Shown: piece after piece, positions 17,136 through 32,100 of the stretch
Numbering within the stretch: position 1 is the stretch's first letter
Layout: each line of letters starts with the position of its first letter
NCBI GenBank assembly: GCA_965235115.1
Contig: OZ249436.1
Span: 10,976,001 to 11,040,000 of the forward strand
Reading direction: 5' to 3'
Source: Laetmonice hystrix
Lineage: Eukaryota
DNA length: 64,000 nt
Notes under the pieces: model-generated
Told to the model about the DNA's origin: nothing
The model's input: the letters and a program-made list of their open reading frames with translations, nothing else
Database searches by the model: none
Translations under genes and position numbers: made by a program

Positions 17136-20100
17136 ATGGAGTGTCCACATTTAGAAGAATGTGTAAAAATTGCAGCGCCATCTAGTACAAATGAAAATTC
17201 ACCATCCCCGTGGAGTTGCTCAGGTTGGTATCCGTACTTCCGCTCGATTTCATTTATTTGTTTGTTCCACTTGGCATTTTCTTTGCTGGACCACAGTTGT
17301 GCCCATAAAAGAAATATTTTCAAAACAGTATGGTTTAGTTGTGTTTGCGCATGTATTGAGTAAAAATATGACAGAAGATATGAGTGTGCACCCCTCTGAT
17401 GATAGTGGTTGAGCCCACGTGCGATCTTTGTTGTTGGTGAGCTGTCACACAGTGTGGGGGTGAGGTGGGCCCTGCAAGGCCCAGCTGGCCGACGAGTACA
17501 GGCAGTCTGGGCTGAACAAGGGGCGTCCAAGACAAGAGTTATTGCAGTGTTTGCACATGGCTCTGTTGATGCGTTTAGTCTACACTGCTCTCTCTGGTTG
17601 TACACTGTGTCAGCTAGATACCCAGCGCAGAGCTAGATGACTTAGATTTTTACTCATTTTAAATTTAGGTAGATTTAATTAGGCCAAAATTTACAGAAAC
17701 CTGTAAATTACTACTGTAGTGAAGACAAGTGTAGGCGTACCATAGTAGAGGCGGCCCCAGTATTATCACTACAGTGATTTACAGATTTCTTATGGCTATG
17801 CTCCCTTTACTACCAGTAAAAATAAAAGTGTCGATTTTAGTTTTTATAGTTGTCTGCGCTTATAGGCTAGGACACAGATTACCATACACAAACAGATTGG
17901 AAACGGCCATAGTAATGACGTGAAACAAAGATGGCGTCACAATTCAGTGATTTGTCAGTGGCGACACCATGCGTCGGAGGAGATAAACTAAACGCCCTCC
18001 ATAGGAAAAGCATGGCTTGACAGGTTTAGGACAACATATCTGACAAATGACCTGCATTTGGTGGCAGGCGTAAAAAAATACGGTACTCGGATGCCTAGGG
18101 AAGCCATATTTTCCCGGTAGGCTACCAACCTATGTCCAAAATGGGACTGAGGACGTTCCCAGCCGGGCTCATGCATAACTTGCCATAGGCGCATTGTAGT
18201 TTATCTCACCATTCGCCAGGTGTCACTAGTGGTCACGGGCGCAAACCGGAAGTTTCAAATCGGCCTATCTCGTTTCCAATCTGTTTGTGTATGCTAATCT
18301 GTGGCTAGGAGCAGGACATTTAACCAGGTTCTGTGCCAAGCAAGGCGCCATGATGATATGGATCGGATCATCCCTAACCTCCACTAAAGCGTAAAACTGG
18401 GAGGACTGGGGTGGGGTTGGGGGAGACTTGGGGGACGGGGGGTCCCCGCCCCACCCATATATTTTGTAATGGGGGTGCCTGGGCTGTTTTGAGCAGAAAG
18501 CATGCAATAGCACATATTTTCATGAAACCAACTATATACTAACTATAAGTCTATACTAACTAAGTGTACCATACTAATACTGTAATCTGAATTTTTTTTT
18601 CAAATTTAAAAGTAACAATGCTGCCCATATTTTGAACACTGTCCAGCCACAAGAATATAGGTGTTCGCCAACCCTGACTGGGACAGGGGATATCAGGACC
18701 TACATTTCCAGACCCGAGGTGTAGAATATAGACCCGAGATCTGCCCCAGGCCCAGGTTTTTAGTTTGCAAACCGAGTCTTAGGATTCAAATCTTAAGACT
18801 AAACTCTTGTTTCAGAGCTTCTGATTGGTCCTTCAAATGAAGTCAGCCAATGAGAGACCATAACACAAGTCAGTCTCAAAATCCCAGTCTTAAGATTGGT
18901 AAAATGACGAACTAAAAACCAGGGCCAGGGATACAAGATGGGGTTGTGGGTGCCGGGGGGGGGGGGGGTTGTGTATGTTGGTGTGAACCTGTAAAACACA
19001 AATTACTACGTAAGGTGTTAGCCCTGTAACCCCCCTGGATCTGCCATAGGTCCCATCCCCTGCTGTAAAGATTTTAAATTTGTAACAGCAAAAAATGGAA
19101 TAGGTGAACAAATTAAGCCCTGACTTGAGATCAAACTTATGGGTGGGCATCAAAACTCGACTCAGGTTTTCCATAACCTTAAAAATGGTTCTAAATCATT
19201 ATTTGTTAAATCTGCACTGGTCATTTGTAGACCATTTTTTCAGGAGGCCTCAGTCTTGGGGGGACACACCCACCCCCCATGAGGGGTTTATAAAAGATCC
19301 AGCGCTAACCCCACAGCTAACTGGCCTGACCAGTGTTGACCTTTCAATATCCAGGAAATCTGGAACCCGGATGCCTGGGACAACCAAAGTCACTGTGTAC
19401 CAAACCTCCCCTAAGGTGATAGCCTAGGTACCTATGAGGCTACCGATAAGCTATGTCTCCTTGCCCAGTGGTCTACCATGCTTTGGTAAGATTTTTTGAG
19501 ACCTGAATATCCCTCCTGGGACCACTAGCTTAAAAGGTCTGAGTCTTCCCCCTTCCCCCCCCCCCCCCAAAATAAAGGGGGGGGGGGGGTTCTACAGGAA
19601 ACCCTGTCCGCAGTCTGGAACTAAGGCATCAAATGCTCTAATGATAATTCAGTAGATAAATGAAGGGCTGTGGGGGGGGGGGGGGACTTGTGCTAAAGAT
19701 ATGAATGGACTACACTTTGGTCATTTTGCCATGATGCAAAGTTTCTGTGACAGTAGTAGTAGACCCAGTTGGTGCTTTTAGATGCACCCCTTAATATAGA
19801 TCAGAGCTTGTCGAGTTGTTTCAGGTCGGCATTGTGCAGATAGTCTTGAACATCAGCAAATCCTTGTGCCATTGACTCACCCGATTTGTATAGATATATG
19901 GGGGGTTGCCAGTTGGTATGAGAGGGTTAAAACCACTGGCAGTTGTAGGTGAGAAAGCCGTGATAGTTGATGCTTACCATCTAGAGAAAGCCGGCATTGT
20001 CAGTGAGGAGGAGTGCCTAATATGGTGTAGTGGTGTGGGCATGGCGGCCTGCAATGTCAGTAGGGCCATGGCTGAGGGGATTGGTGGGTCAAGCAGCTGC

Positions 20101-23100
20101 CAGCCACGTGTGCCGGTGTGTGTCCCCAAAGCCCACCTCTCCAGAGCAGCAAACCAAGGCGCCCTGACCATGGTCAGGTTATTGACGACTAGCCTTAGAA
20201 CAGCTACCTTTTTCATGACCTGATATTTCTTCAGAAGTGTGTGTGACGTGAGTAAAGAATATGAGAAGATGTTGTCAATGTATGAATGTGATAATTGGTT
20301 TGTAAATTTGGTGAGAACTACAGGCTTGATACTTGGTCCAAGGGCTGTAAGTCAGGGCACAGCGCCTTGGCAATCAATATGTGGTACACAGTTTTATATT
20401 GGGTACAGCAGGCTAACCCTTTCTGTACCTAACGCGTTCGTAGAGGTTTTCAACCTCACTGCTGCTGACTCATACTTTACTCACAGTCTCCACCTTACTT
20501 CAAACCATCAATATATTTTGGTTCTAAATTCTGGTTTCCCTGTGTGTACAATAGGTAGACCGATTAGACTGTGCCATAGACTGGGTTCTCCATATTTTGT
20601 TTTTCATGGAACTTCGAGAAAAATATATAAAAATAGCTGCTGTTACAAAAAGGACCAGTCAGCATTTTTGGATTGTGACCCTGTGAAGAAGGTTTTAGCA
20701 ACAGTCAAGATTGAGTTTTCATTAATTCACAGAATATTTGGAATACATGGCATGAGTGAAATACCAGTACTAGAATCATGTATACCTTCTATTACATTTT
20801 ATTAGACATATAAAAGCTGTGAAAAATGCTTTAGGGTTCTGTCATAAACATTGTGGCCAAAATTTATTAAAATATCCATCTTTTTATATATTTCAGTATG
20901 TCAAACAGACAAGAGTCCTTGGCTGTGTCTATGCTGTGGTGTCATTAACTGTGGCAGGTAAGTGGATAGAATGCCTTCTTACTCTGTGTTATGATTTCCT
21001 GTAGTAAGTGTTACTTTGATTTAACATGATGTGTATCCTTTACTCTAGTAGTACTATTACAGCAGGTGCTAGCGTTCGTTCCAAGTCAAGAGCAGGAATA
21101 GTTCACAGATACATAAAACCTGATGGTAACAACACTGCTGCCAGTCTGGTGGTACATGTAGTTAGATAATATTAATATTGGATCATAGGGCATTAACAGG
21201 GGTGGAAATTGGGGGAAATCACCTACTAGCCAGCAGGGCTAGTTATGTAGAAATTTAACTAGCCCTGCTGTAAATGAACTAGCCAGTAGAGCGAGTTCAG
21301 GTGAAGGGTTACTCGCCCTCCACGTGACCACTGCCCGGCCATTCAAGAAATCTGTACAGTCGAAGGTGCTGCCTTGTGGCTCTAGAAGGTCTGGGCCCGG
21401 TTTTTTTGTTTACTTTTCCACCGTGAGCAAGGGTGAGCTGAGCTGAGCAAGGGTGAGCAGAAGCTCATGCTCACCGTTTTGCTCACTGTTTTCGTTTTTT
21501 TTGTGGTGTTTTTTCCGTGAGCTTGCTCACCATGAGCACGCCTCATGGAAAAAAGTAACCCCCAAAAACAAGAAAACGGTGAGAATGAGCTCATGCTCAC
21601 CCTTGCTCAGCTCAGCTCACCCTTGCTCACAGTGGTGAAATAAACAAAAAAACGGGCCCAGGAATTGGGCAACTGGAGAACTTAACATTCTAGGTTCTCT
21701 GCCCGGTAGTACCATTGTGGGGGCAGGCGATTGCAGGAAAAAAATCACTCGCCCAATCATTTTAGACAAATCGCCAGCAGGGCGACCTGAATGGTCAGAC
21801 AAGGTCACCCAACAGAAGTTTAACTGGACATGGGCGAGCGGGCGAGCGTTAATTTCCACCCCTGCATTAAGCTTTACTACATACAGATGTCTTTTTATGA
21901 TATGTATAGGCATGTCAGTCAAATGGTACTGGTAGGCCTACAGCTAAGTTTAGCTCAGATTTTCTGGCCAGCTTAGGGCAGTGCTGGTAGTTCTATACTG
22001 CTCTGGTTGAACTGGACCAGTGCCAGTGCTAAATTGCAATTTAGAATTTGCCCAGCCAAGTGTTAATTCCAATTTTAATTCCGGCCAGTGTCAGTGGTAA
22101 ATAGTGTATCTTCCATTTAAGGCAGGTTTTAAAAAATTGGAACTAATACTAGAGACGTGAGGATCCCCCTTTACATGGTAACTTTGATCCTGATATGTCT
22201 GACAGTATACTGAAGTAAAAATCTGGCAGATATCCAAGCAGTGTGACCCATATAGACTGGTTCAGTAGGGTCAAGTAGTGAGGGACACTATAACCAGATT
22301 GTCTGGCTCATTAGGACAGGTAATATCAGTAGATTAGTCAGCACACCAGCTTTCTCATGTCAGTGGTGTATTGTAATACCGTTATACAGGCCTGAGATTA
22401 AGGGAAATTTGCGTAACCCATTTTTCGTTCCCCTGTTTTTTATTTTAGGTAACCGACAGGTGAACAAAACGACCGTTTACCTGTTAATCTCAGGCTTGCA
22501 AAATTTGCAGGTGAAAGGATATTCATTCTCGGCCTTTCCATTTTAGGTGAACGACACGCGAACGAAACGATCGTTCGCGTCTTAAAATCAGGCCTGTTAT
22601 ATGTATATCGTCCATAGTATGTGTAGAGAAATTCACCATGCAGAATATTAAGTTTACACCAAAAATATATCATTTTACACTGCCTGGTAGATCATATGTA
22701 GGTTAGTGCTGCTGCTGGTCATAGTTGTCGAACTGTAACACATAGAGAAATGTAAGGAAGTTAAAGTTTTACTGGATGAACAGATGTCAACATTTGAAAT
22801 GGAAGTCACTAACCTGGTGTTGGTGTCTCAGTACGTACAGTTCATAGTTTCCTGTGCCAGTAGATGAGTGCTGCTGGGAGATCAACCACGCCCTGCTCGC
22901 TACCCCTCAGTCTTCAAACCAAAAAAAATCCTGACATGATGTGGTACTTTTAAATGGTTTGAAAAGAAACAACTTTGTTTGCATTGTTGTTCATCTTATC
23001 TGAATCAGTACTGAGATTGTCAGTTCAAGGTGGGATTATTTTATTTCTTTATTCAATGAGATGTATTGGTTCAAGGTGGAATTATTTTTTATTCATTGAG

Positions 23101-26100
23101 ATCAATTGGTTGAATGATCTGAATATCCTCTTCCTTTTCCTCCTTATGCTCCGTGGAGAAGTTCTAGTTAATTGAGGTCACAGTGGAGAGTGGTGTCGAG
23201 AAGTAAGAAACCAGGACAGGAGTGTGAAACAGAAGGGGCCACTTCCTCCTTCTCTTCCACCTCCTGCTGTTATTATGAAAGGTGGGATAGGGTTGTCATC
23301 CAGGACAACAAGAGGCTAGGGTCATAGGTATGCCTACTTGAGGTCACAGTGGAGAGTGGTGTCGAGAAGTAAGAAACCAGGACAGGAGTGTGAAACAGAA
23401 GGGGCCATCTCTTCCTTCTCTTCCACCTCCTGCTGTCATTATGAAAGGTGGGGTAAGGTTGTCATCCAAGACAACAAGAGGCTAAGGTCATAGGTACTTG
23501 AGGTCACAGTGGAGAGTGGTGTCGAGAAGTAAGAAACCAGGACAGGAGTGTGAAACAGAAGGGGCCATCTCCTCCTTCTCTTCCACCTCCTGCTGTCATT
23601 ATGTAAGGTGGGATAGGGTTGTCATCCAGGACAACAAGAGGCTAGGGTCATAGGTATGCCTTCAATATCCGTGACAGGACGTCATACAGGGTCAAACCAC
23701 AGGCTTCCGTGTTTAGGTCCAATAGCAGATAGTATACTGTTTGTATTGAGATGGAGGTGTTCATGAACAAGGGTTTAATATTAATAATGTGACATTGAAC
23801 GCGTGGACATCTTGTGAAATTTTAATTCAATTAAATGTAAAATGCTCGTTACTCGATGATGTTAATATCATTAATATTATCCTTGATGCCGGTACTCATA
23901 CTGGTACTGATGTTGCAATCAACAGAAATTCAGATCGTTGAGAGTTTGGAAGCCGTTGACCATTGCATAGCTGATCTGTACAAATTTCAACCCGTGAATG
24001 AATGATTTTGTTTGGTTGCAGGTATGTCAATGCACACGCCAAAGACCACTATGAACAAGGCTATGAGGGCACCCCTCCACATTCCGTCTGTATGGATTGT
24101 GATTCTACAGCAACTTTCTGGTAAGGGGATGGAACCTCTTGATATTACTGTGTGCATTCCTAGCCTGCCCCTGCAGCTGCTCTGTGGTGGAAAATAAAAA
24201 TGTTGGTGATTTCCAGCCTTCATGTAGAATCTAGAACACATGTCTTCATGGTAATTCAATTGTTAGGTGTGCACAGATGAGCTTAATTATTGGTTTTCTA
24301 GTAAGACATATTAAATTTCTTCCATAAAAATGAGATTACCGGAATGACTAACAGATGCAAATGAGTTATTTCTGCCTATCTCACAGATCTGACTATCTAA
24401 AAATTTTGATGTGATTCCAGTCTTATAAAAAGAAATTGTATAACGGTCCACATTAGAAACAATTAAAAAAATATCAGCAATTTTCAACTGAAGTATCTAC
24501 GTTCGGAAAAGAGTCGCCACCAACATGCTACAAACCTTTCCAGAAATGGAAATGTTTTCAGCCTAATGGTATGGTCATAGTAAAAGAAGGTTGTTTTGGA
24601 CAGAAACCTGTACTGTATTCTTGTAAATATGTATTTGTGACTTATTATGTGATATTACCCGGTATATAGTTTGGAGGTATACCTAATTGTGTTGAACTCT
24701 TTATCGTTCATAAACATGTTTAATTTGAGTTCTAATCTACAATCAGAGAAAGTGAAGCAAATCTCTATGATCTGCCAAGAACAGAACGGTTGTTGTGAAT
24801 TTTTTGAGACATCTAACGTGTCTCTCATTGTCACAGTTTTATCCAAAGACTCCTTTATGTCTAATTTCTGTGTAGAGGCAATATGAATTGTATTAGTAGT
24901 ACGACAGTAGACAGGCACAGTTAATTCGAGTTTGTCCGTTGTGTTCTAGAATTCTCACGAGCCACACTGGCCAACTCTATTCAGAATATCCATCTAGACT
25001 ACTTCCCCCAATATCAAGCCCATCAAAAAGATCTCGGGAGAATTTAATCGATTTGGGTGGCCCCTAGAGGAGGGACTTATCAGCGGGTAGTGGGGAGACT
25101 GGGTGAAGGCTGGTTGTGTCTCGGCGTGCTCCTGCTGGTTCTCTGCCTGGCGTGAGGAAGGCAAGAGCACCTCCACCTTTCAGCAATGAAAATTCCATCT
25201 TCAGTGGATCGGCGAGGTACACATAATTGGTGGGTCGCTTGTAGGGGTCGGGTCGGGGCGTATTACAAAGAGCTTGAGGGGACAGTCAGGTATGTATGTG
25301 TCTGGCGTGTGGTACGGACAGCCACATTGGCCAGCCATACAACACACTTAGACTCGTAGTACATAGAGTTGTACCCTTGGAAGGAGGGAATGGTGATGGG
25401 AGTTTACTGGTATTGATGTAACCAGTTGAAGAATAATGATAACCTCAACAGACTTTCCCTAGATAGCTCCGGTGCTTTATTTTCACATCTGCTGTTTCTA
25501 TTAACCGTTTGGGTAGATGTATGTTCCTTCTCATCTGCCAAATTCTCAACCCCAATGTTATTTAACTGGCGTAATAACAATGTGAGAATGTGCAACGTAG
25601 GGTCTCATTATACATGTATCCAGGTGCAGGGGAAATAATGCCACGTTCCTGGGCAGAAGTTTGTTTGAAATTTAGGTGTGGGGCCTGAATATTGTTTTCA
25701 TATTAGTTTTATGATACAGGGTGACCGCAGCACAGGGAGAATAATAAAAAAAACACAGCAGAAAAAGTTTCGACAGCCAAGGGTAAAAATTAGGCCAAAA
25801 AAAGTCAGTGAAAAGGCAGCATTGTTGATTATTGAGGTTTTTTGAAGGGGGAAAAAGACGGCTTTGATTGAGGATTGAGGGCACAGCCCCCCCCCCCCCC
25901 CCCCCCATAAGTGGCCTCTTTGTGGAGCGCACAAGCTAGGGAAAATATATTGTGGGACAGGACAATTTTTGTGGTCAGCCTGATAATATCAGAGAATATC
26001 TGTTGGTAACTTGGTGAGACACACTATGGACAATTTTGAAGAATTGATTTAGATCATGGCTTTTGTTTGAAACTTATCAGAGCTTTGCTGCTCAAGCTTA

Positions 26101-29100
26101 GAAAATTAACTTAATGTGTCTGGGATGATGTGACTTAAGAGCATTACCCATATATTAGCTTCACTAGATTTCAGAGTTTGTCCGTTGAATATTACAGTGT
26201 ACACTCAATGTATCAATAACCCAGACATACTTTGGAAGTTGCGTTGACAACACATGTTTTATGTTTTTCAGCTACCGCTGTGATGAGTTTGTGATGAACG
26301 ACACAAGAACAGGCCAGATAGACAGCATTAGAAACCACCTTCATACACTTGCCAAGTATGTTCTTGTTTTGTGATTTTCATTCATACACCCCGATGGAAA
26401 CACCTTAATGTGGCTGCAAGTTATAGGCATTACTTGAAGTTAAATACGTTGTTTGAAAGACTAAGGGCATTCTAGTGCCTGTTTGAATATTAGAGGTGAT
26501 CCTCGATGACCTTAACTTGCTTACAGACCATGCCACTGAGAATGTTTCAGTATCTGCTGTGATATTGTTGTAAAGACAATGTGTAGGCATTGGTCAATGT
26601 CTTTTACTGACAATAATTGTTTCAGTGCTCATAATGAGAACCATACAAAAGAAAACTGTGAACAACCCTCCAACAAGCCTCGACGAAGGAAAACTTCAGA
26701 GTCGGATGAAAACAGCCAGAAACGGGTAAAAAGAGTAAGTGTTTGTTTTAGAGACAATTTAAATGATATACTTTATTAGAAATACCCCCGTAATATAGTA
26801 CAGTTATAAGTATAAATATTTCGTTCTTTAAAACACTAGAGAAAGAAAAAAACCACGTAACCTACATGATATATATATTCCTCATTGCAGGTAATACAAC
26901 GGTCCTAGAACAGTATTAAATGGAGAACATTTTTTATGTTAATCTCTTGACAAGATTTACATGTACTGTGTAGTTATAGACGTGTACTTGTCAGATATAT
27001 TAATTACCCTGTAAAAGACACCCAAGAGATTAATTACCCTATAAAAGACACCCAAGGGAACTGACAAGAACATCTCATGAAGGGTGTTTTCGTCTGGTTC
27101 ATCTGATTCAGTGAAATAACACTGTACACTGTAATGTATTTGGTCATGGGACTAGTCCTACCTTGATTTGTGTATTCATGGGAGAGAAGGTTTTATACCT
27201 GATGCGATAACTATGGATGGATGATGCCTATTATTGTTATTCCTAACATTATTAATAGATATTAATTTTCCTGCAGGAGGAAGGAAGTAAGGTGAAGCCA
27301 AAGACAGCTGGCCTGCGTAACCTTGGCAACACATGTTTCATGAATGCAGTGTTACAATCCCTCAGGTAAGATACCAGGTATGGTCTGGATGACATTGAGA
27401 TGGCAGACAAAGAAACTGACATCTCAATGTCCGTTAAGTGTTAATTGACCACTACGGGGTTCACTCCCTCATCTCAGTAATTAGATAGACTAAAAGTGGC
27501 GATGACGTCAGTGACTGGGCCTGCCAGCCGTGTGTGTCACGTTGTCATGGTGTTGGCTGTCACTGTGCTGGCCGCTGGCTCCACTGTAAGGGTTACAGCT
27601 GCAGTCGTTTAAATGTTAGTTAGGGTCAGAACCAGGCTGACAGGGAGGCAGAGATCCCTGGGGCGGAGTTTGGTGGAGAGTTGTGCAGACAGCGATCTCT
27701 CCAACCCCCCAGTAGAGGCGTCCACTGACCTTGATTAATTATCAAGAGACTTGGAGGCAAGCCACGAGGTGGGCTCAATCATGATACCCCAGTGGTGCCA
27801 ACTGGTCACTGAACGTTCCCGATTCCCAAAACTGCTGACTGCTGCCCACCCAGTCTATAGACACTCACCATTGATGCTGTGAAATATCGTTAGGTTGGCA
27901 GAGACTGCTGACTGCTGCCCACCCAGTCTAGAGGCTCACCATTGATGCTGTGAAATATCGTTAGGTTGGCAGAGAAGCAGAGACTGCTGACTGCTGCCCA
28001 CCCAGTCTATAGACGCTCACCATTGATGCTGTGAAATATCGTTAGGTTGGCAGAGACTGCTGACTGCTGCCCACCCAGTCTATAGACGCTCACCATTGAT
28101 GCTGTGAAATATCGTTAGGTTGGCAGAGACTGCTGACTGCTGCCCACCCAGTTAGACGCTCACCATTGATGCTGTGAAATATCGTTAGGTTGGCAGAGAC
28201 TGCTGACTGCTGCCCACCCAGTCTAGACGCTCACCATTGATGCTGTGAAATATCGTTAGGTTGGCAGAGACTGCTGACTGCTGCCCACCCTGTCTATAGA
28301 CGCTCACCATTGATGCTGTGAAATATCGTTAGGTTGGCAGAGACTGCTGACTGCTGCCCACCCAGTCTAGACGCTCACCATTGATGCTGTGAAATATCGT
28401 TAGGTTGGCAGAGACTGCTGACTGCTGCCCACCCTGTCTATAGACGCTCACCATTGATGCTGTGAAATATCGTTAGGTTGGCAGAGAAGCGGCTTTAATA
28501 TTGCCCATTGGCTTCATCAACCCATTGATGGAATCGGGGTAATACCTCAGCACGCCCACATAACTACGTTACCTCCGACAGCATCCAAACCTTGTATGAC
28601 TTGAAAATGAAAATAATTGGAGTAAGATTTTATGGAGGCAAAGATATCTTGGCCAAAATCGAAAAAGATGAATATGCGACGAGGACTAGTGAAAAAGATG
28701 TTTGAGTAGTCTAAGATGTGCTCCCGACTGAGAGCACTCCCAGGACAGTCTGCGTAGTGACAGGTGCAATCTCTGAGAGCCGGTGGTGAAAACTTGGGCT
28801 GATACTCATACATTAACCAACTCAGCAGCTTGTATGTAAGTGGCTAGTCGTATATGAATTCAATGTGACCAAAGCCATGTTCTAGTAGTGCGGTTTAACA
28901 CGTCTCACAGCTTAGAACCAGCAGATCAAATGCTTTGTCTCCCTTTAAACGCCTTATTTTCGGAAACCCAAGCACCTAAATCCGTAAAGGCAGGGATTTA
29001 AACACAGAGCTTGTTCAAACCAAATACAAACCAAAGTATGTGCGGAATTCGATTGTTTTTTTTGTGAGATACGAAATGCATAAGGTCCATAAGATTATCT

Positions 29101-32100
29101 GCTGAGATTTTGACTGGCAGGGTCCGAGGTTTTACATGAGTGTGGACCGCGATCAGGTATTGTCTTCACTGGTCTGGTTGATATTAAGCTATTCTCCCAT
29201 CTCAGAAATGATCCTTTGAAACCACCCACTAGATAACCATTGAAGTGTAGGGGTAGTGCATACAGCGTGATAGGCGTTTAAACAGGTCTAAGCAAAGTTA
29301 GAGCTTTAACTGTTGAGAAGTCAAAATCCCAGTTAGCTTCGACACAGGAGTCCGATATTGCCACTGAAAGGCTGTTGATAGTGTGAAATGGTGCACTTGT
29401 CTCTCTGCCTGTCGCACCTGACAATTTGTGTTGTTACGTCACACTGCACAGTGTGAGTCGTCAATATCAGTCATTATGACGGTGCTGGTGTCCCAGTCTC
29501 ATTCTCCACGGTCAAATGGTGCACTTGTTTCTCTGCCTGTCGCACCTGACAATTTGTGTTGTTACGTCACACTGCACAGTGTGAGTCGTCAATATCAGTC
29601 ATTATGACGGTGCTGGTGTCCCAGTCTCATTCTCCGCGGTCTACGTTCTCTGGAAAGGTTGGCTGTGTCGTAGATTGTAGATCTACAATATGTCACAAGC
29701 CACCCACATGTCTTCTCTTCTATACTTAGGCCTCACAACTAGTCATTCTGTCGTTTTTCGTTCACATTTGGAAGAAAACTCCACTGATTGTGACTTTTAG
29801 CAGACTACGTGAGTTGTGAGGCCATACAGCCACGCACGCGTGCGCACTTATTCAGATTCAGCATTTAAACAATGGGAAACCATTTTCCCGGGGAAAGGAG
29901 ACGGGCAGAGAATTCAGAGAGCGACACCGGTCACCCCTCATTAATACCTTAATATTGTCATATACACAGCAACAAAACATTAGGTTTTTAATGTGAGAAA
30001 TCAGCATTAGACTTAATGCATTAGGCTTCCCTTCTTCGAGTACTCTTCGGGTTTCCTCCATCAGGCAGACTGACTGCTTTGAGCTGACACAAGCTGTTGC
30101 TGAGGCTAGTACGTTATGATCGAATGTTGTCAGGGCCGTTTGACTATTCTCAGCTGATTGGCTATCTCAGCATACTTTTCTACTGGTTGTCCTTTTTCAT
30201 GTGTTCAAATATACGTTGCCAGTATAGAATCGGAAATTTTTTTTGATCAGACTTGTTAGATTGAGAATTGTTATTGTGTGTTGATGGAGGTCGAGACCGG
30301 GCCATCTTTCTCAGCACCCTGACATGATGGCTGCCTCATGGCAAGGGTTTTCCATGTTTGTACCGTTACAAGGTTCAGATCAGAGACAACTATAAACCTA
30401 TTATTTACTTGCATAATTCATCCATAATCCTCAGTGTGAGCGACCGATTTATTTCTGCCGACTAGGTGATTGGCGAATCCATACGTCATCATTGGCAGGG
30501 CTTTTGAAATTTAAGGATCCATTTTATTCTCGATGAAAAAGAGCAATCTGAATGTGAAATTTGATTTAGAACTGAAGGGACGCTTAAAATGCAGGAGCGT
30601 TGAAATCAAGTGCCTGGCGCCAGGGAGTGGGTGGTTAGTTTGTAAATTGTAGTGCAGTGAGAAGAGCGACCTGCCGTGGGGGTTGGTTTGTCCCGGTGGA
30701 TGACCGGCCATGGGGTAAAAGTGGGGGTTGTTTGGGCCTCGGTAGACGACCGGCCAGCCACCCAGCTGGTGGCCCCGGTAGACGACCGGCCAGCCACCCG
30801 GCTGGTGGCCCCGGTAGACGACCGGCCAGCCACCCGGCTGGTGGCCCCGGTAGACGACCGGCCAGCCACCCAGCTGGTGGCCCCGGTAGACGACCGGCCA
30901 GCCGTCTGACCAGCCGCCCGGCCAGCCGCCCGGCCAGCCGCCCGGCTGGTGGCCCCGGTAGACGACCGGCCAGCCGTCTGGCCGCCCGCCCGGCTGGTGG
31001 CCCCAGTAGAGACCGGCCAGCCGTCTGGCCAGCCGCCCGGCCAGCCGCCCGGCTGGTGGCCCCGGTAGAGACCGGCCAGCCGTCTGACCAGCCGCCCGGC
31101 CAGCCGCCCGGCCAGCCGCCCGGCTGGTGGCCAGCCGTCTGACCAGCCGCCCGGCTGGTGGCCCCGGTAGAGACCGGCCAGCCGTCTGACCAGCCGCCTG
31201 GCTGGTGGCCCCGGTAGACGACCGGCCGGGAGAACCTGCCTCCACGGTGCAGCCAGCCGCTGGATGGTACAGGCGTTGCATGTAAGTCCTGCAGCAGTAG
31301 CGTGCTGACGGCTGAGTCACGAGGCTCGGAATGCCCCACAGTGGGCCAGACAATAACATGTGGAGCAGGGAGGGAAGGTGTTCGGGGAGGTTGGAGGGGG
31401 GGGGTGAGGGTGGGGGTGGGACTGGGGGAGTCCTCTATCTGCACAGGTGTACTGACTGAAACAGTGACTGCCCCCCCCCCCCCCACCCAGCTCCACAGAT
31501 GAGTGTAATCTGGATGGGGCTAAGAAAGCCAATGATTGAATTGCCGGTATGCACCTCGCAGGCAAGGTGTTTAATGGTTCACCCCCACATTGAGACTGAC
31601 TCAGTGGCGTGATTGTACACCCATCACAGACGAGCGGCCGCATGGCTGACTGCAAGTGGAACTTGCAGAGGGAATTGTTCTTATCAGTTTTCTAAGACCA
31701 ACAAAAATCTAAAAGAGAAACAGATGTAAGGTGTTTGCTGTTAGTGCCCCCCCCCCCCTTTAAAAAAGTGCCCATGCGCTTTATTTCAGGGTCTACCGGT
31801 GACTGCATATAATTTTTATACTTAAATTGTTTTTTTATTTTATCCTCACCAAATTTGGGGTTAGCAAAACCGGGGAGTATAAAATGTGTACATAAGTATT
31901 GTGAAAATCAATTCATGTTCTTCCTATTCCCCCCCCCCCCCCCCCCAAAAAAAAAAAAAAAAAAAATTGTACAGCAACACTGGCTGATAAAAATCCTCAT
32001 GTAATGTTTAGGTAAAACCTGTTAGGGAAATTGTATTTGAAGAAAGACAGAGAATACTCAGGACACAATCTGCTGATACAGACAGCCCTGGAATTTGTGC

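Noticed and set aside
20239..20805. 188-aa plus-strand ORF in USP3 intron 1
   Set aside because: Non-ATG start, no motif, AT-rich intron-like composition, and not needed for the USP3 model.
27831..28488. Regular repeats superficially like a CRISPR array (also 34744-35570 and 58621-59495)
   Set aside because: Head-to-tail units without unique spacers, no cas genes, and a eukaryotic intron context.
30511..31486. 282- and 283-aa ORFs, including prion-like GHQPGGW repeats
   Set aside because: Open in several frames because the GC-rich repeat lacks stop codons. No evidence of a real CDS.
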